Assembly (NCBI GenBank): GCA_902384585.1 | Contig: CABMCJ010000002.1 | Coordinates: 88,629 to 152,628 of the forward strand | Direction: 5' to 3' | Origin: Candidatus Anstonella stagnisolia | GTDB lineage: Archaea; Micrarchaeota; Micrarchaeia; Anstonellales; Anstonellaceae | DNA: 64,000 nt | Shown here: positions 38,243-48,223 of the stretch, in pieces | How the letters are laid out: the number at the start of each line of letters is the position of its first letter | Position numbering within the stretch: the stretch's first letter is position 1 | Notes under the pieces: model-generated | The model's input: the letters and a program-made list of their open reading frames with translations, nothing else | The model's database searches: none | What the model was told of the DNA's origin: nothing | Translations under genes and position numbers: made by a program

Positions 38243-39013
38243 CTAGAAAAGCGAGCAGAGCACTTTTGACTTCTCAGAAGATATATCCACACATTCCAAT
38301 ATATCCTTTTTGGTAAATGCGCCCCATCCGCCCTTTTGCATTGCGCACACATTCTCACCGCAAGTTGCTATTGTGAGGCGTCCGTCCATTCCGCGTTCCT
38401 CGTCAAGGGACGGGTCAAGCAATTTGTGGTCGTCCACTTTTGCGAATGTGCAGGTTACGGCTTTTCCGTTCAGGGGAAGCAAGCCTGTGCTCTCTGTGCG
38501 TATTATCTTGCCCTCTTCGACTTTTGGCATGCGGGTGCACGTGAGTGCAGCCATTGCCGCAAGTGCAGCCGCATCAAAGAAATTGCCGTCATAGTCTACA
38601 ACGTACAAGTCAACGTAAAGCGCGAGCACTTTTCCCTCTTCCAAGAAAAAGGACTTGAGGTCTAAGCAGCCGCTGCTGCGAATTCCCCTGTCTACCACGC
38701 GCGCAAGCTCTATGGACTCCGGGCTTGGAGGGCCGGGCTCAAAGGAGTCGGATGCAAGCGGGACGAGTTCGCAGCCTGTTGAGAGCACGCCTTCAGTTGG
38801 GCGGTCTGCAAAGGGAGTTGCAACGTCGAATTTTACGCCTGCAATCACCTGCGTGTTGCCAAGGTGGCAAAGCGCGCTGCCTTCTGCGTTTGGAATCGCA
38901 TTCTTTTGTATGGAGATTGGGCGGTAGTCGTACATGTGGCGGCCGTCCTGGCGCTTTCCCTGCAAAAGTATTCTCTTCAATGCGTCTTTTTTGAGTTCTT
39001 TTATTATTTCCAT
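38243..39013 (-). CDS. rrp42: Exosome subunit Rrp42
   Basis: R.DGR...YR.I, AEGSA...LG.T, IELARVVDRGIR, DGN..DA. Confidence 0.96.
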   Translation of the reverse strand: MEIIKELKKDALKRILLQGKRQDGRHMYDYRPISIQKNAIPNAEGSALCHLGNTQVIAGVKFDVATPFADRPTEGVLSTGCELVPLASDSFEPGPPSPESIELARVVDRGIRSSGCLDLKSFFLEEGKVLALYVDLYVVDYDGNFFDAAALAAMAALTCTRMPKVEEGKIIRTESTGLLPLNGKAVTCTFAKVDDHKLLDPSLDEERGMDGRLTIATCGENVCAMQKGGWGAFTKKDILECVDISSEKSKVLCSLF

Positions 39014-39032
39014 ATTGTCACCCGGTTAACGT

Positions 39033-39788
39033 TTATTGTTTATTGCCAAGCACAAGGGAAGCCTGGGGCTTGGGGCCGTCGTACACTGCTTTTAAGGCTG
39101 CTGCCTGCAGCGCGCTCACTTTTGCGCATGCGCGGTAAGCCATTTCAAGCGCGTTTGAGAGTTCCTCGCGCGTGAGGTTCCCATCCATCTGGAAGAGAAG
39201 CACGTCTCCGTTTCTTGGCGCGATTGCGATTGGCATGTCGGATTCGCCGTAGTTGTCCTCGTCCTTTGAGAAGTCAACTGCGACTTGGCCGTCTATTTTT
39301 CCAACTGCGACTGCGCATACGAGGTCCTTCATTGGGATGCCTGCGTCTGCAAGCGCAACTGCTGCTGCGGTTATTGCCGCGCAGCGCGTCCCGCCGTCGG
39401 ATTGGAGCACTTCCATGTAAATGTCTATCTGGGTGCGCGGGTATGCTTCTGAGATTATTACGTTCTCGAATGCCTCGCGTATAACCTTGGAAAGCTCGTG
39501 CGAGCGGCGGTTTGGGCCGCTTCTTCCATGCTCTTCAAGCGAGCAGAAAGGCGCCATTGTGTAACGGCAGCGAACTACTGCGCGGTACGGGGACGCGTCG
39601 TGCCTTGGGATGCATTCGCGGGGACCGTACACTCCTGCGAGTATTTTGTTGTTGCCCCATTCTACGAGCGCGCTACCTTGGGCGTCGTTGAGAACGTGCG
39701 CAGTTATTTTTATGGGGCGAAGGTCCTCCATTGAGCGGCCGTCCGCGCGTTTTCCGTTTATTATAAGCTGTGGTTTTTCTTTTGCCAT
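39033..39788 (-). CDS. rrp41: Exosome subunit Rrp41
   Basis: R.DGR...LRPI, GVYGPRE, RRS.ELS, DGGTR, EDNYG.SD. Confidence 0.96.
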   Translation of the reverse strand: MAKEKPQLIINGKRADGRSMEDLRPIKITAHVLNDAQGSALVEWGNNKILAGVYGPRECIPRHDASPYRAVVRCRYTMAPFCSLEEHGRSGPNRRSHELSKVIREAFENVIISEAYPRTQIDIYMEVLQSDGGTRCAAITAAAVALADAGIPMKDLVCAVAVGKIDGQVAVDFSKDEDNYGESDMPIAIAPRNGDVLLFQMDGNLTREELSNALEMAYRACAKVSALQAAALKAVYDGPKPQASLVLGNKQ

Positions 39789-39803
39789 TTTCTCACCTAA
39801 AAA

Positions 39804-40427
39804 TTAATTTGTTGGGGCGGGTGCGCTTTTTTGTGCATCCAGATGCGCCTTTATGCGGTCAGTAAGCCCGCTTATGTGCGCCTGCGCCTCCACCATCTTT
39901 ATTGTTTCAATTGCAAGCTTTGCATTTCCCTTCTCAGATACCCAGATGTAGCCGTTTCGCCCGACGTAAATTTCGCAGCCGGTTGCTGCGGTAATCATTC
40001 CAATCATGGAATTTTTCTTCCCTATAATGCGGGGAATTTTCACTGCGTCAGTCTCTATGAGCTTTCCGCCTCGAAGTATGCGTGCATCCGTGAGCTCAAC
40101 ACTTTTTACCTCGTCAACCGAGTTTATGCGCACGTATATCACGTCGCCAAGCTGGAGCTTTTGGGCTGTTTCCCTCCCGGAAAGGTATGCGTTTGCAGCG
40201 CCGTTTATGTTTATGTTGTAGCCTGAAAAGCGCACTTCCTGCACGTATGCGACTACGTAATCGTCAAGCATGGGCTCGTAGGGTCCGCAAAGCGGGACGA
40301 GCCTGCCGTCCTCGGAAAGAAGCGAGAGCACGGATGCATACGTCTTGTTTTTCTCTACATAGCAGTAGGGGAGGCGCACTGGGCGGTCTGCCACCATCTG
40401 CCCTGGGAGCACTATATTGTTTTTCAT
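39804..40427 (-). CDS. rrp4: Exosome RNA-binding subunit Rrp4
   Basis: V.PG, S1 domain, KH motif PRIIGK..SMI, G.NG.IW, AH.SGLTD. Confidence 0.93.
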   Translation of the reverse strand: MKNNIVLPGQMVADRPVRLPYCYVEKNKTYASVLSLLSEDGRLVPLCGPYEPMLDDYVVAYVQEVRFSGYNININGAANAYLSGRETAQKLQLGDVIYVRINSVDEVKSVELTDARILRGGKLIETDAVKIPRIIGKKNSMIGMITAATGCEIYVGRNGYIWVSEKGNAKLAIETIKMVEAQAHISGLTDRIKAHLDAQKSAPAPTN

Positions 40428-40435
40428 TTTTTCAC

Positions 40436-40541
40436 CAACAACCCGCGCCCAAGCCCGCCTTCGGCGGGTAAATGCGCGGTTATTTTTAAATATTATTTTT
40501 CATTGTTTTGTCAAGCCCGCGCATTTAGGCGAGGGTTGTTG
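40436..40541 (-). promoter_or_regulatory. Structured intergenic element (three-way junction) upstream of rrp4
   Basis: 9-bp plus 4-bp outer stem, 11-bp perfect inner stem and 6-bp GAA-loop hairpin; adjoins the GGTGA SD. Confidence 0.65.
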
Positions 40542-40559
40542 ACCTTCTCTTTTGAAATA

Positions 40560-41252
40560 TTACTTCATTATTTTTGTTTGCGCGGAGCCTTGGGTTGCCT
40601 TGTTCAGGCGGTCAAGGAATTCCCCCACAAGGCCTGCAGGAAGTTCGTGCATTGTTATGAGGTTTCCGTTTCGGTCCCATTCCTCTTTTTGTATCCCGTG
40701 CTCGCGGAGCATCCCATAGATGCGCTGCGCATGTTCTGGGCCTACTTTCACTGCAATCCTTGTCTTTTCAAACTTCATTGGGATTATCAGGCGGAGCTCC
40801 TTTATCACGTCGTCAATTTGCGATTCCGCGTCCTTGAAGGGGTCTATTTGCACGCGAGCCTCTTCCATTGCATTTTCTATGCGCATTACGGTGTGCACCG
40901 CGCCTGTGCGCGGGTCTATGCATTCGCGCGCGAGTATTGCGATTATTTTCTTGCGCTTTTCCTCCAGCATTTTCCTTTTTTGGTCTGTTGTGAGCTGCAG
41001 TTCGCCTTTCTTCAGTATTATGTCCGCGATTGCGAAAATGTCGGTCGTGTGGAAGGCCTTTTGGAGCTCGGTTGCCTTGTGCCGCTCGCCCTTCTTTGCG
41101 TTCTTGAAGATTTCCTCAACAACGAGAACGTTGTTGAGCTCTTTTTTGCGGCCGTCCCTGTACATCCTCGCGAGCTCGGAGTCCACCAGTATTTCAAAGC
41201 GTTCACCGGCATAATCCATGTGCGCGGTTATCGCTGTTTCAAGGCTTGACAT
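40560..41252 (-). CDS. sdo1: Ribosome maturation factor SBDS/Sdo1
   Basis: FEILVD, G..QLT..Q, IDP.T...H...RIE.AM..A. Confidence 0.96.
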   Translation of the reverse strand: MSSLETAITAHMDYAGERFEILVDSELARMYRDGRKKELNNVLVVEEIFKNAKKGERHKATELQKAFHTTDIFAIADIILKKGELQLTTDQKRKMLEEKRKKIIAILARECIDPRTGAVHTVMRIENAMEEARVQIDPFKDAESQIDDVIKELRLIIPMKFEKTRIAVKVGPEHAQRIYGMLREHGIQKEEWDRNGNLITMHELPAGLVGEFLDRLNKATQGSAQTKIMK

Positions 41253-41337
41253 TAAGACGCCTTCGTTTTCGCATTTCTACAGTAGTATTGCGAATGATGC
41301 ATATATATTACTTGTGGAAAAATGTGCTACTTTTGCC

Positions 41338-42048
41338 TTACTTTAGGTATTTTTCCACTTCTTTCTGGGAGAGCACCGTGAATTCCTTCTTTTTCGTGCT
41401 TGCGACCGCAATTTCTATGTTGTCGGAGGTGAGCTTTGCGTCCCCGCTCTTCTTTATTGCCTTTAGGGCGAGTGCGACTCCTTCCTCTAGGGAGATGCCT
41501 TCCTTGTATTCTTTCTCAAAGAATTCCTCTACCTCTTTCTTTCCCATTCCTACTGCGGCTGCCTTATAGCCCGTTAGTGCTCCCGAGGGCTCTGCCTCGT
41601 AGAGTTTTGCCGAGCCATCCACTCCTGCAATCAGGAGGGACACGCCGAATGGGCGGATGCCGCCATATTGGGTGTATGCCTGCATTATGTCGCACAGGTT
41701 CTTTGCGATTAGTTCTACTGAGGCGGGTTCTGCGTAGGAAAGGCGGTGCCTTTGCGCTTCCAGGCGCGCTATATCTACCAGGCGGCGTGCATCTGCGATC
41801 AAGCCGCTTGCTGTGGATGCGATGTGAGTGTCTATTTCGAAAATTTTCTTCATGCTTTCTGGGACTAGGAGGGAGGAGGTTGCATTCTTGAATGCTGCGA
41901 GAACTACGCCGTCTGCGCACACTACGCCAACTGCGGTTGCGCCCCTCTTTACTGCTTCCTTTGCGTATTCCACCTGGAACAGCCTTCCATCTGGGGAGAA
42001 TACAGTAATTGCGCGGTCATATGCCTGTGCCTGTGGTGAAGGATACAT
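41338..42048 (-). CDS. psmA: Proteasome alpha subunit
   Basis: YDRAITVFSPDGRLFQVEYA, YTQYGG.RPFGVS. Confidence 0.97.
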   Translation of the reverse strand: MYPSPQAQAYDRAITVFSPDGRLFQVEYAKEAVKRGATAVGVVCADGVVLAAFKNATSSLLVPESMKKIFEIDTHIASTASGLIADARRLVDIARLEAQRHRLSYAEPASVELIAKNLCDIMQAYTQYGGIRPFGVSLLIAGVDGSAKLYEAEPSGALTGYKAAAVGMGKKEVEEFFEKEYKEGISLEEGVALALKAIKKSGDAKLTSDNIEIAVASTKKKEFTVLSQKEVEKYLK

Positions 42049-42175
42049 AGATACACCTCTTTTCTGAATAGAAATACGCACAAACTATGCGCCGTAGGTT
42101 TATAATGCTTGCAGGTTTGGGCGGTTTGGGCTGGGAAGGAAGCATTAAATACTACTTAAGGCGCAGTTCTCCCCT

Positions 42176-42270
42176 ATGGCAAAGGGCAATGCGTTGGAAC
42201 TTTTTGTGCACACGCTTAGCCTTTGCTTTGCACCGACGCCAGGGCGCTAGCCCACTAAACTACTTTTTTG
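42176..42270 (+). promoter_or_regulatory. Putative leaderless 24-codon uORF with hairpin and T6 tract upstream of proC
   Basis: ATTAAATA box ~25 nt before ATG 42176; TAG 42248-42250 inside GGGC-GCTA-GCCC; T6 at 42264-42269. Confidence 0.4.
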
Positions 42271-42433
42271 CAATTTGAATTCTGCTTTCATTACGTTAGT
42301 TTTTGCAATAGGCTACTGGATAAAAATAAAAGAGGTGTAAAAATGGAAAATAAAATACAAAACGGGTGTTCGCGCCCAGAATGAGGCGGACACGAAAGGC
42401 GCATTTAGAAAAGATGCGCTTGTTGAAGGTGCG

Positions 42434-43285
42434 ATGATGGACAAAAAGAATTTGCTTGCAGGCAAAAGAATAGCCGTGATTGGCGGGAGCGGGAATGTAG
42501 GCTCGCTGCTTGCGAAAAAGCTTGCGCAAGTGGAAGGCATAGGCGGCGTTGTTGCAACCGGAAGGGATGCGCAGAAATTGCACACGCTTTCGCAGGAGGG
42601 GATTGAAACCTCCACGGACAATGTGCAAGCAGTGCAGGAAGCGGACATCGTGCTCTTGTGCGTGAAGCCCCAGCAAATGAAGGGGGTTGTTGCGCAAATA
42701 GGCGCTCACGCGCAGGGAAAGATTGTTGTGTCCGTTGCGGCGGGCGTTCCGCTGGAATATCTTGAGAGGGAGCTTGCGGGCGCGGCAGTTGTAAGGTGCA
42801 TGCCGAATTTGTGCGCATCAATTGGGATGTCGCAGACTGCGGTTGCAACAAACTCCAAAAACGGGGAAGGCGCGATTGCGCGCGCAATGCTCTCCCTTCT
42901 TGGGAAAACCTACGAGGTGGAAGAAAAGCAGGTTGCAGTATGGACTTCGGTGTGCGCAAGCGGGCCTGCGTTCCTTGTGAGGGCTGCGGTGCGCAACATA
43001 CGGGATGAGCACATGCTGCCTTGCATGGAAGATGCGCTTTGCAGGGAAGGGTTTGGAAAAAGCGAGGCTGCGCAAATCGCGCGGGACGTGCTCTCTTCCA
43101 CAAAGAGGCTCATGGAAGAAAGGGAATGGGGAGCCGCGGAATTTGTGAAAAAGGTAGCATCAAGGAAAGGGACTACGCGCGCAGGGCTTAAGGCATGGGG
43201 AAGGAAGTTTGATGAAGAAGGGCTTTCTTCTGCATTTGAGGCTGCAAAGCTGCGTGCGCAGGAAATAGAGAGGGGCTTTGCATAA
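42434..43285 (+). CDS. proC: Pyrroline-5-carboxylate reductase
   Basis: Rossmann IGGSGNVG, LCVKPQ, S.AAG, R.MPN, SGPAF, V.S..GTT. Confidence 0.92.
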   Translation: MMDKKNLLAGKRIAVIGGSGNVGSLLAKKLAQVEGIGGVVATGRDAQKLHTLSQEGIETSTDNVQAVQEADIVLLCVKPQQMKGVVAQIGAHAQGKIVVSVAAGVPLEYLERELAGAAVVRCMPNLCASIGMSQTAVATNSKNGEGAIARAMLSLLGKTYEVEEKQVAVWTSVCASGPAFLVRAAVRNIRDEHMLPCMEDALCREGFGKSEAAQIARDVLSSTKRLMEEREWGAAEFVKKVASRKGTTRAGLKAWGRKFDEEGLSSAFEAAKLRAQEIERGFA

Positions 43286-43361
43286 GCCCTTCTTTTTTAT
43301 TTTTTTGTTTTGGGAGGCGGAAGCAGCAAAGCTTTATATATTCATATGCGCATATAAGCAT

Positions 43362-43628
43362 ATGAAAAACGAACGCATGGCGAAAGTGTTTTTGGCTCTT
43401 TGCGACCCAACCAGGCTGCAAATCGTGCAAAAGCTTGCAAAAAGCAAGGGGTGCGTGCAGGAAATTGGGAGGAGCATTGGGAAAAACCAGCCGAACGTTT
43501 CGCAGCACCTAAGGGTGCTCAAGGAGGCAGGGCTTGTGGAAACAAGAAGGGAAGGAAAGCGCATTTGCTATTCTATTAGGGGCGAGAACGTGGGAAAGCT
43601 CATTGGAATTGCGCAAAAAATTGGGTAG
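43362..43628 (+). CDS. ArsR/SmtB-family regulator
   Basis: F.AL.DPTRL.I, QPNVSQHL.VL..AGLV..RREG. Confidence 0.93.
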   Translation: MKNERMAKVFLALCDPTRLQIVQKLAKSKGCVQEIGRSIGKNQPNVSQHLRVLKEAGLVETRREGKRICYSIRGENVGKLIGIAQKIG

Positions 43629-43637
43629 GTGGTATTT

Positions 43638-43940
43638 ATGGACGAACTGGAATGGATAAGGAAAAAGAAAATGGATGAGCTTATGAAAAACATGGGGGGG
43701 ATGGGAATGCAGAAAAAAATCACAGTATACTCCACGCCGACTTGCCCGTTTTGCACAATGGCAAAGCAGTATTTGAAGGGCAAGGGAGTGCAATTCTCGG
43801 ACATTGATGTTGCAAAGGACAAGAATGCGGCGCTTGAGATGGTGAAAAAGAGCGGGCAGATGGGAGTCCCTGTGCTGGACATAGGCGGGAAAATAATTGT
43901 CGGGTTTGATAGGGCAAAGATAGATTCTGCACTAATTTAA
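43638..43940 (+). CDS. Glutaredoxin/NrdH-like redoxin
   Basis: VYSTPTCPFC, SGQMGVPV, IVGFD. Confidence 0.93.
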   Translation: MDELEWIRKKKMDELMKNMGGMGMQKKITVYSTPTCPFCTMAKQYLKGKGVQFSDIDVAKDKNAALEMVKKSGQMGVPVLDIGGKIIVGFDRAKIDSALI

Positions 43941-44017
43941 GTCACTTGCCGGATTCTGGAATTGCGCGCGCTGGGTTTATTTGTCTGGTTCGGAAAGTTT
44001 GGGCGGGCTTCTTTAAT

Positions 44018-44839
44018 TTACTTGTCTGGTTCAGGTATTGTGCCGCCTGAGTGGTACGAAATAAGCCGCTTTATCATGTCGCACATCTCAAAGAACTCGG
44101 GGTCGCGCGTGTGCTCTGTGCGCGGGCGCTCCACGTCCACGTGTATGTCCGCGATAACGCGCCCAGGGCGCTTGGAAAGCACTACTATTCGGTCAGCCAT
44201 AAAGACTGCCTCGTCTATCAAATGCGTTATCATCACGAATGTGTTCGTTGCGGTGCGCGGGTCGTTCCAGATGTCAAGCACGTCGCGCCTAAGGTTCTCT
44301 GCTGTAAGCGCGTCGAGCGCGGAAAAGGGCTCGTCCATGAGAAGGAGGCGCGGCTCCACTGCGAGCGCGCGCGCAATCCCCACGCGCTGCTTCATGCCAC
44401 CGGAAAGCTCAAAGGGATAGGCATCTGCAAAATCCTCAAGGTCCATGAGCTTTATGTACTTGTTTATGATGGGCGGGCGCTTTTCAAGCGGGACGTTTAT
44501 GGACTCAAGCCCAAGGGAAATGTTCTCGTACACGCTCCTCCAGGGAAGAAGCGCAAAAGTCTGGAAAATCATTGCGCTCATTTTCGGGTCGGGGCCTGTC
44601 ACCTTCTTGTTGCGGAAAAGCACCTCGCCTTTTGTGGGAGTCTCAAGGCCTGCGATAAGGCGAAGCAGGGTGGACTTGCCGCAGCCTGAAGGCCCTACTA
44701 CGCACACGAACTCGTGCTCGTGCACGTGGAAGCTCACGTCCTCAAGGGCGCGCGCGCGGTTCTTTGCCTCCACAAAATCCTTGTAAACGTGGCGCACTTC
44801 AAGCTCCACGCTTGGGGACTTTTTTTTCTTTGTTGCCAT
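44018..44839 (-). CDS. ABC transporter ATP-binding protein (NitT/TauT family)
   Basis: GPSGCGKS, LSGGMKQR, LMDEPFSALD. Confidence 0.95.
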   Translation of the reverse strand: MATKKKKSPSVELEVRHVYKDFVEAKNRARALEDVSFHVHEHEFVCVVGPSGCGKSTLLRLIAGLETPTKGEVLFRNKKVTGPDPKMSAMIFQTFALLPWRSVYENISLGLESINVPLEKRPPIINKYIKLMDLEDFADAYPFELSGGMKQRVGIARALAVEPRLLLMDEPFSALDALTAENLRRDVLDIWNDPRTATNTFVMITHLIDEAVFMADRIVVLSKRPGRVIADIHVDVERPRTEHTRDPEFFEMCDMIKRLISYHSGGTIPEPDK

Positions 44840-44857
44840 TTTTTCGCCTTTTGGGAA

Positions 44858-46600
44858 TTATGTGCCTTCAAACCTGAATCGCTCGGCATAATTAAAAAGC
44901 CGACGCCAGATGAAGTAATTCATAAGCATTATAACGGTCGTTATTGTTGCGATGCAAAGCGTTATTGCAAGCGGGTCTGGGTTTGCCGAGGTTGTCATCT
45001 TTGAGAGGAAAGCGCCTATGCCCGGCACTGAGTGCACCTGCCCGTTGTACGTAATGTACTCGCTTACTATGAGGGAATTCCATGCGCCGCCCCATGCCTG
45101 TATGCTGCCAAGTATTATGCCTGGGAGGATTGCCGGGATGAGTATCTTTTGGTAGAGGAGCGTATTTTTGAGCCCGAATGCGCGCGAAGCTTCGAGTATG
45201 TCACCGGGAATGTTGCGAAGCGCGCCTATTATGTTGAAGAGCAGGTACCATTGGGTGCCCGTGAGAAGGAGAAGGATGCATGCGACCTCCACCCCGAACT
45301 GCCCGCCGCCGAAAATCCCTATCACAAGTATCACGATGAAGGGGAAGAGCGCGAGTGCGGGGGTGGATTGGCCGATGTCAAACACAGGGAAAAATATCTG
45401 GGAGAGGCGCGAGCTGCGCACAACGATTATTGCTGCAATGAGCGTCCACACGAGCGCGATTATGTATGCTATCAGGATGCGCACAAAAGAGCGGGCTGCG
45501 AGTATTGGAAGCTCCAGGATTTCCTTGTGCGTTGTAAGGGTGTTCCAGAAATTTATCACGGGGGCGGAGAAAGAGGATGAGAAGAACCAGAGAAGCGCGA
45601 ACATCACTACAAGGAAGAGCACGGTGTAAATTGAGAAGAGCTCCCATGCGGGCATCTGCAAATGGCGGCGCGTGCGGGGGACGTATTTCACCCCGATTTT
45701 GTATTTGCGCATTGCAATGAAAAAGCGCTCTATTGGCTCGTTTATGTGCGCATCAAACCAATGGGATTTGGAGCGCACCCATATGAAAAGGCGCACAATT
45801 GCGGAATCCTCCTCTTCCTCTTCCAGCATTTCGGATTTCATTGTCTGTATTTTGAAGCGCTTGGAGTATGAGAGAAGCGGCTTCCATACCAGCATGTTGA
45901 TGGTGTACACGATTGAAACGAACACGATGAGGCCGAAAAGCGCTGCAGGGATGTTGCCAAGGTTGTATACTGCGTTCCCAAGGTAGGTGCCTATCCCGGG
46001 AAGGAAATGCGTTGTTGTGCCGTAGGTGAGCATTTCGGCTGCAACCAGGAAATACCAGCCGCCGCCCCATGCAAGAACGCTGCCTGTTATGAAGGCGGGG
46101 ATTATTGCGGGAAGCACGATGTGGTACACGTAGCGCCAGCCGTGCAGGCCATAGGAATTTGAGGCTTCCCGTATGTCGTTTGGGATGTTGCGCACGCCTG
46201 AGAGGACTGAGAATGTGACTGCCCATGCCATTCCCGTAAAGATTAGGAAAATGGAGGCGATTTCAAAGCCTAGCGCGCCTGGGAGGAAGCCGAGGAAGAA
46301 AAAGAGTGCTGCAGGCACGTACCCGAGTACAGGTATGGATTGGAGAATGTCCAGAAGCGGCAGCATGAAAAGCCGCGGTGTGCGATAGAGCCCCGCGATT
46401 ATGCCGTATGCGAGGGAGAATGCAACCACGAGCGCATATGCCGCGAACATGCGCAGCATTGTGCGGAAAATGAAATAGGGAAGCTGCGGGGTTTGGGGGT
46501 CTGCGAGGACGTCCTTCCACCAGCCCAGGTAGCTGTAGAGAGCAAATACAGTAAGAAAAAGCGCCGAGAGCACAAGCAATAGGGTTCTTGTTCTTGACAC
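44858..46600 (-). CDS. ABC transporter permease with duplicated domains (NitT/TauT family)
   Basis: DILQSIP and DIGQSTP repeats, two EA-loop motifs, WGG.W..L...E. Confidence 0.9.
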   Translation of the reverse strand: MSRTRTLLLVLSALFLTVFALYSYLGWWKDVLADPQTPQLPYFIFRTMLRMFAAYALVVAFSLAYGIIAGLYRTPRLFMLPLLDILQSIPVLGYVPAALFFFLGFLPGALGFEIASIFLIFTGMAWAVTFSVLSGVRNIPNDIREASNSYGLHGWRYVYHIVLPAIIPAFITGSVLAWGGGWYFLVAAEMLTYGTTTHFLPGIGTYLGNAVYNLGNIPAALFGLIVFVSIVYTINMLVWKPLLSYSKRFKIQTMKSEMLEEEEEDSAIVRLFIWVRSKSHWFDAHINEPIERFFIAMRKYKIGVKYVPRTRRHLQMPAWELFSIYTVLFLVVMFALLWFFSSSFSAPVINFWNTLTTHKEILELPILAARSFVRILIAYIIALVWTLIAAIIVVRSSRLSQIFFPVFDIGQSTPALALFPFIVILVIGIFGGGQFGVEVACILLLLTGTQWYLLFNIIGALRNIPGDILEASRAFGLKNTLLYQKILIPAILPGIILGSIQAWGGAWNSLIVSEYITYNGQVHSVPGIGAFLSKMTTSANPDPLAITLCIATITTVIMLMNYFIWRRLFNYAERFRFEGT

Positions 46601-46698
46601 AAGAAAAATCTCGGGCGGGAAAGTTTATATTTGGTTGTGCAGGGCTTGCACACATTCACCTTTATATATTTTTGATGACAACGATATAACGGTAGGTA

Positions 46699-47394
46699 AT
46701 GATGGCACAGGCAGTAATAAAGGCGGCACGAATGGACGGGCTGCGCGTTTTTGAAAACAGGAATTTTTCTTTTGGAAAGCCGCGCACGCTGGAGCAGATA
46801 ACAGCGAGAATAATTAGGTACAGGGAGGATGAAGTTTATGGAAATAGGCAGCCACCATGGCTTGTATGGAATACAAAGCTAAGTAACTATGCCCATGGGC
46901 TTTTTGTTGACTCTGATGGGCGTTTGCTTAAGTGGCCAAACATTGAGAAATATCTTGAGAAGAAAATTGCGGGGGCAAACGGAAGGGGAGAAAAACTGCG
47001 CGTTCTTGACATAGGGCTGGGGAGCGGGGAGCAGTGGCTGGAATTCATCAAAACGCACGAGGTAGACTTTTACGGGACTGCACTTGCAATGAAGCACGTG
47101 CATCCGGATTTGAGGGAAAGGGTAAAGCTGTGCACTGCCGCCAGCTTGTATAAGAGATTCGCGGCAAATTCGTTTGACGTTGTAGTAACGCATCTTGGGG
47201 CGCACTGCCAGGAAATTGAGGCAATTGAAAATGCACTTTTCGTACTGAAAAAAGGCGGCGAAGCCGTGTTTGTCTTTGAACACTTCGTGCCGGCGGAAGT
47301 GAATGCTGCGGCGCTTGAACGCAGGTGCTTTGAGCTTGTTAAAGAAACAGAGAATAATGGAAGGTATAATGTGCTGCACATAAGGAAATTATGA
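46699..47394 (+). CDS. Class I SAM-dependent methyltransferase with N-terminal extension
   Basis: [20 protein letters not shown]. Confidence 0.85.
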   Translation: MMAQAVIKAARMDGLRVFENRNFSFGKPRTLEQITARIIRYREDEVYGNRQPPWLVWNTKLSNYAHGLFVDSDGRLLKWPNIEKYLEKKIAGANGRGEKLRVLDIGLGSGEQWLEFIKTHEVDFYGTALAMKHVHPDLRERVKLCTAASLYKRFAANSFDVVVTHLGAHCQEIEAIENALFVLKKGGEAVFVFEHFVPAEVNAAALERRCFELVKETENNGRYNVLHIRKL

Positions 47395-48144
47395 ATGCTG
47401 CTTTTTCGCCTTTCCCTGCGCTTCGACTTTTTCCATTGCGGCTTTCACTTTCTTCGGGTCTCCTAGGTAGTAATGCCTTAGGGGCTTGAGGGAATTGTCC
47501 AGTTCGTACACAAGAGGGATTCCTGTGGGGATGTTAAGCTCAACTATTTTCCTGTCGGAAACCTTGTCCAGGTATTTCACGAGCGCGCGAAGGGAATTGC
47601 CGTGCGCGACTATTAGGACGCGCTTTCCTTTCTTTATTGAAGGCGCGATTTCTTCTTTCCAGTAAGGGAGGAATCGTGTGTAAGTGTCCTTTAGGCATTC
47701 GGAAGAGGGAAGAAGGGAGCGCGGCACATTTTTGTAAAGGGAATCGTGCATTGGATGGCGCGGGTCGGACTTTTTTAAGGAAGGCGGGCGTATTGCATAG
47801 CTTCGCCTCCAGATTTTCACCTGCGCCTCTCCGAACTTTTGCGCCATTTCGGACTTGTTCATTCCTTGGAGGGCGCCATAATGCCGCTCATTGAGGCGCC
47901 AGGAATATTTTATGGGAGGGGAGGAATGCATTTCCTTAAGGGCTAATTCCATTGTCTGGATTGCGCGCTTGAGAACTGAAGTGTAAACGATATCAAAAGA
48001 GAAATTTTCCTTGAGAAGAAGCTGCCCCGCTTCCTTTGCCTCTTCTTTTCCTTTTTCACTTAGTGGGACGTCTGTCCAGCCGCTAAAGCGGTTTTCCTGA
48101 TTCCATGTGCTTTCGCCGTGGCGCAGGAGGACGAGTGTGTGCAT
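47389..48144 (-). CDS. gpmA: 2,3-BPG-dependent phosphoglycerate mutase
   Basis: [31 protein letters not shown]. Confidence 0.97.
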   Translation of the reverse strand: MHTLVLLRHGESTWNQENRFSGWTDVPLSEKGKEEAKEAGQLLLKENFSFDIVYTSVLKRAIQTMELALKEMHSSPPIKYSWRLNERHYGALQGMNKSEMAQKFGEAQVKIWRRSYAIRPPSLKKSDPRHPMHDSLYKNVPRSLLPSSECLKDTYTRFLPYWKEEIAPSIKKGKRVLIVAHGNSLRALVKYLDKVSDRKIVELNIPTGIPLVYELDNSLKPLRHYYLGDPKKVKAAMEKVEAQGKAKKQHS

Positions 48145-48223
48145 GAGGGGAGTTCGAAGAAAAGAGATTTAAGGATAATACTAAAGGTTATGGAAATAAA
48201 AAAGGAAAAAGAAGAAAAGCAGC

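Noticed and set aside
43942-44041. Mini CRISPR array
   Set aside because: Repeats are degenerate, derive from a coding 3' end, spacers are too short and no cas genes are present
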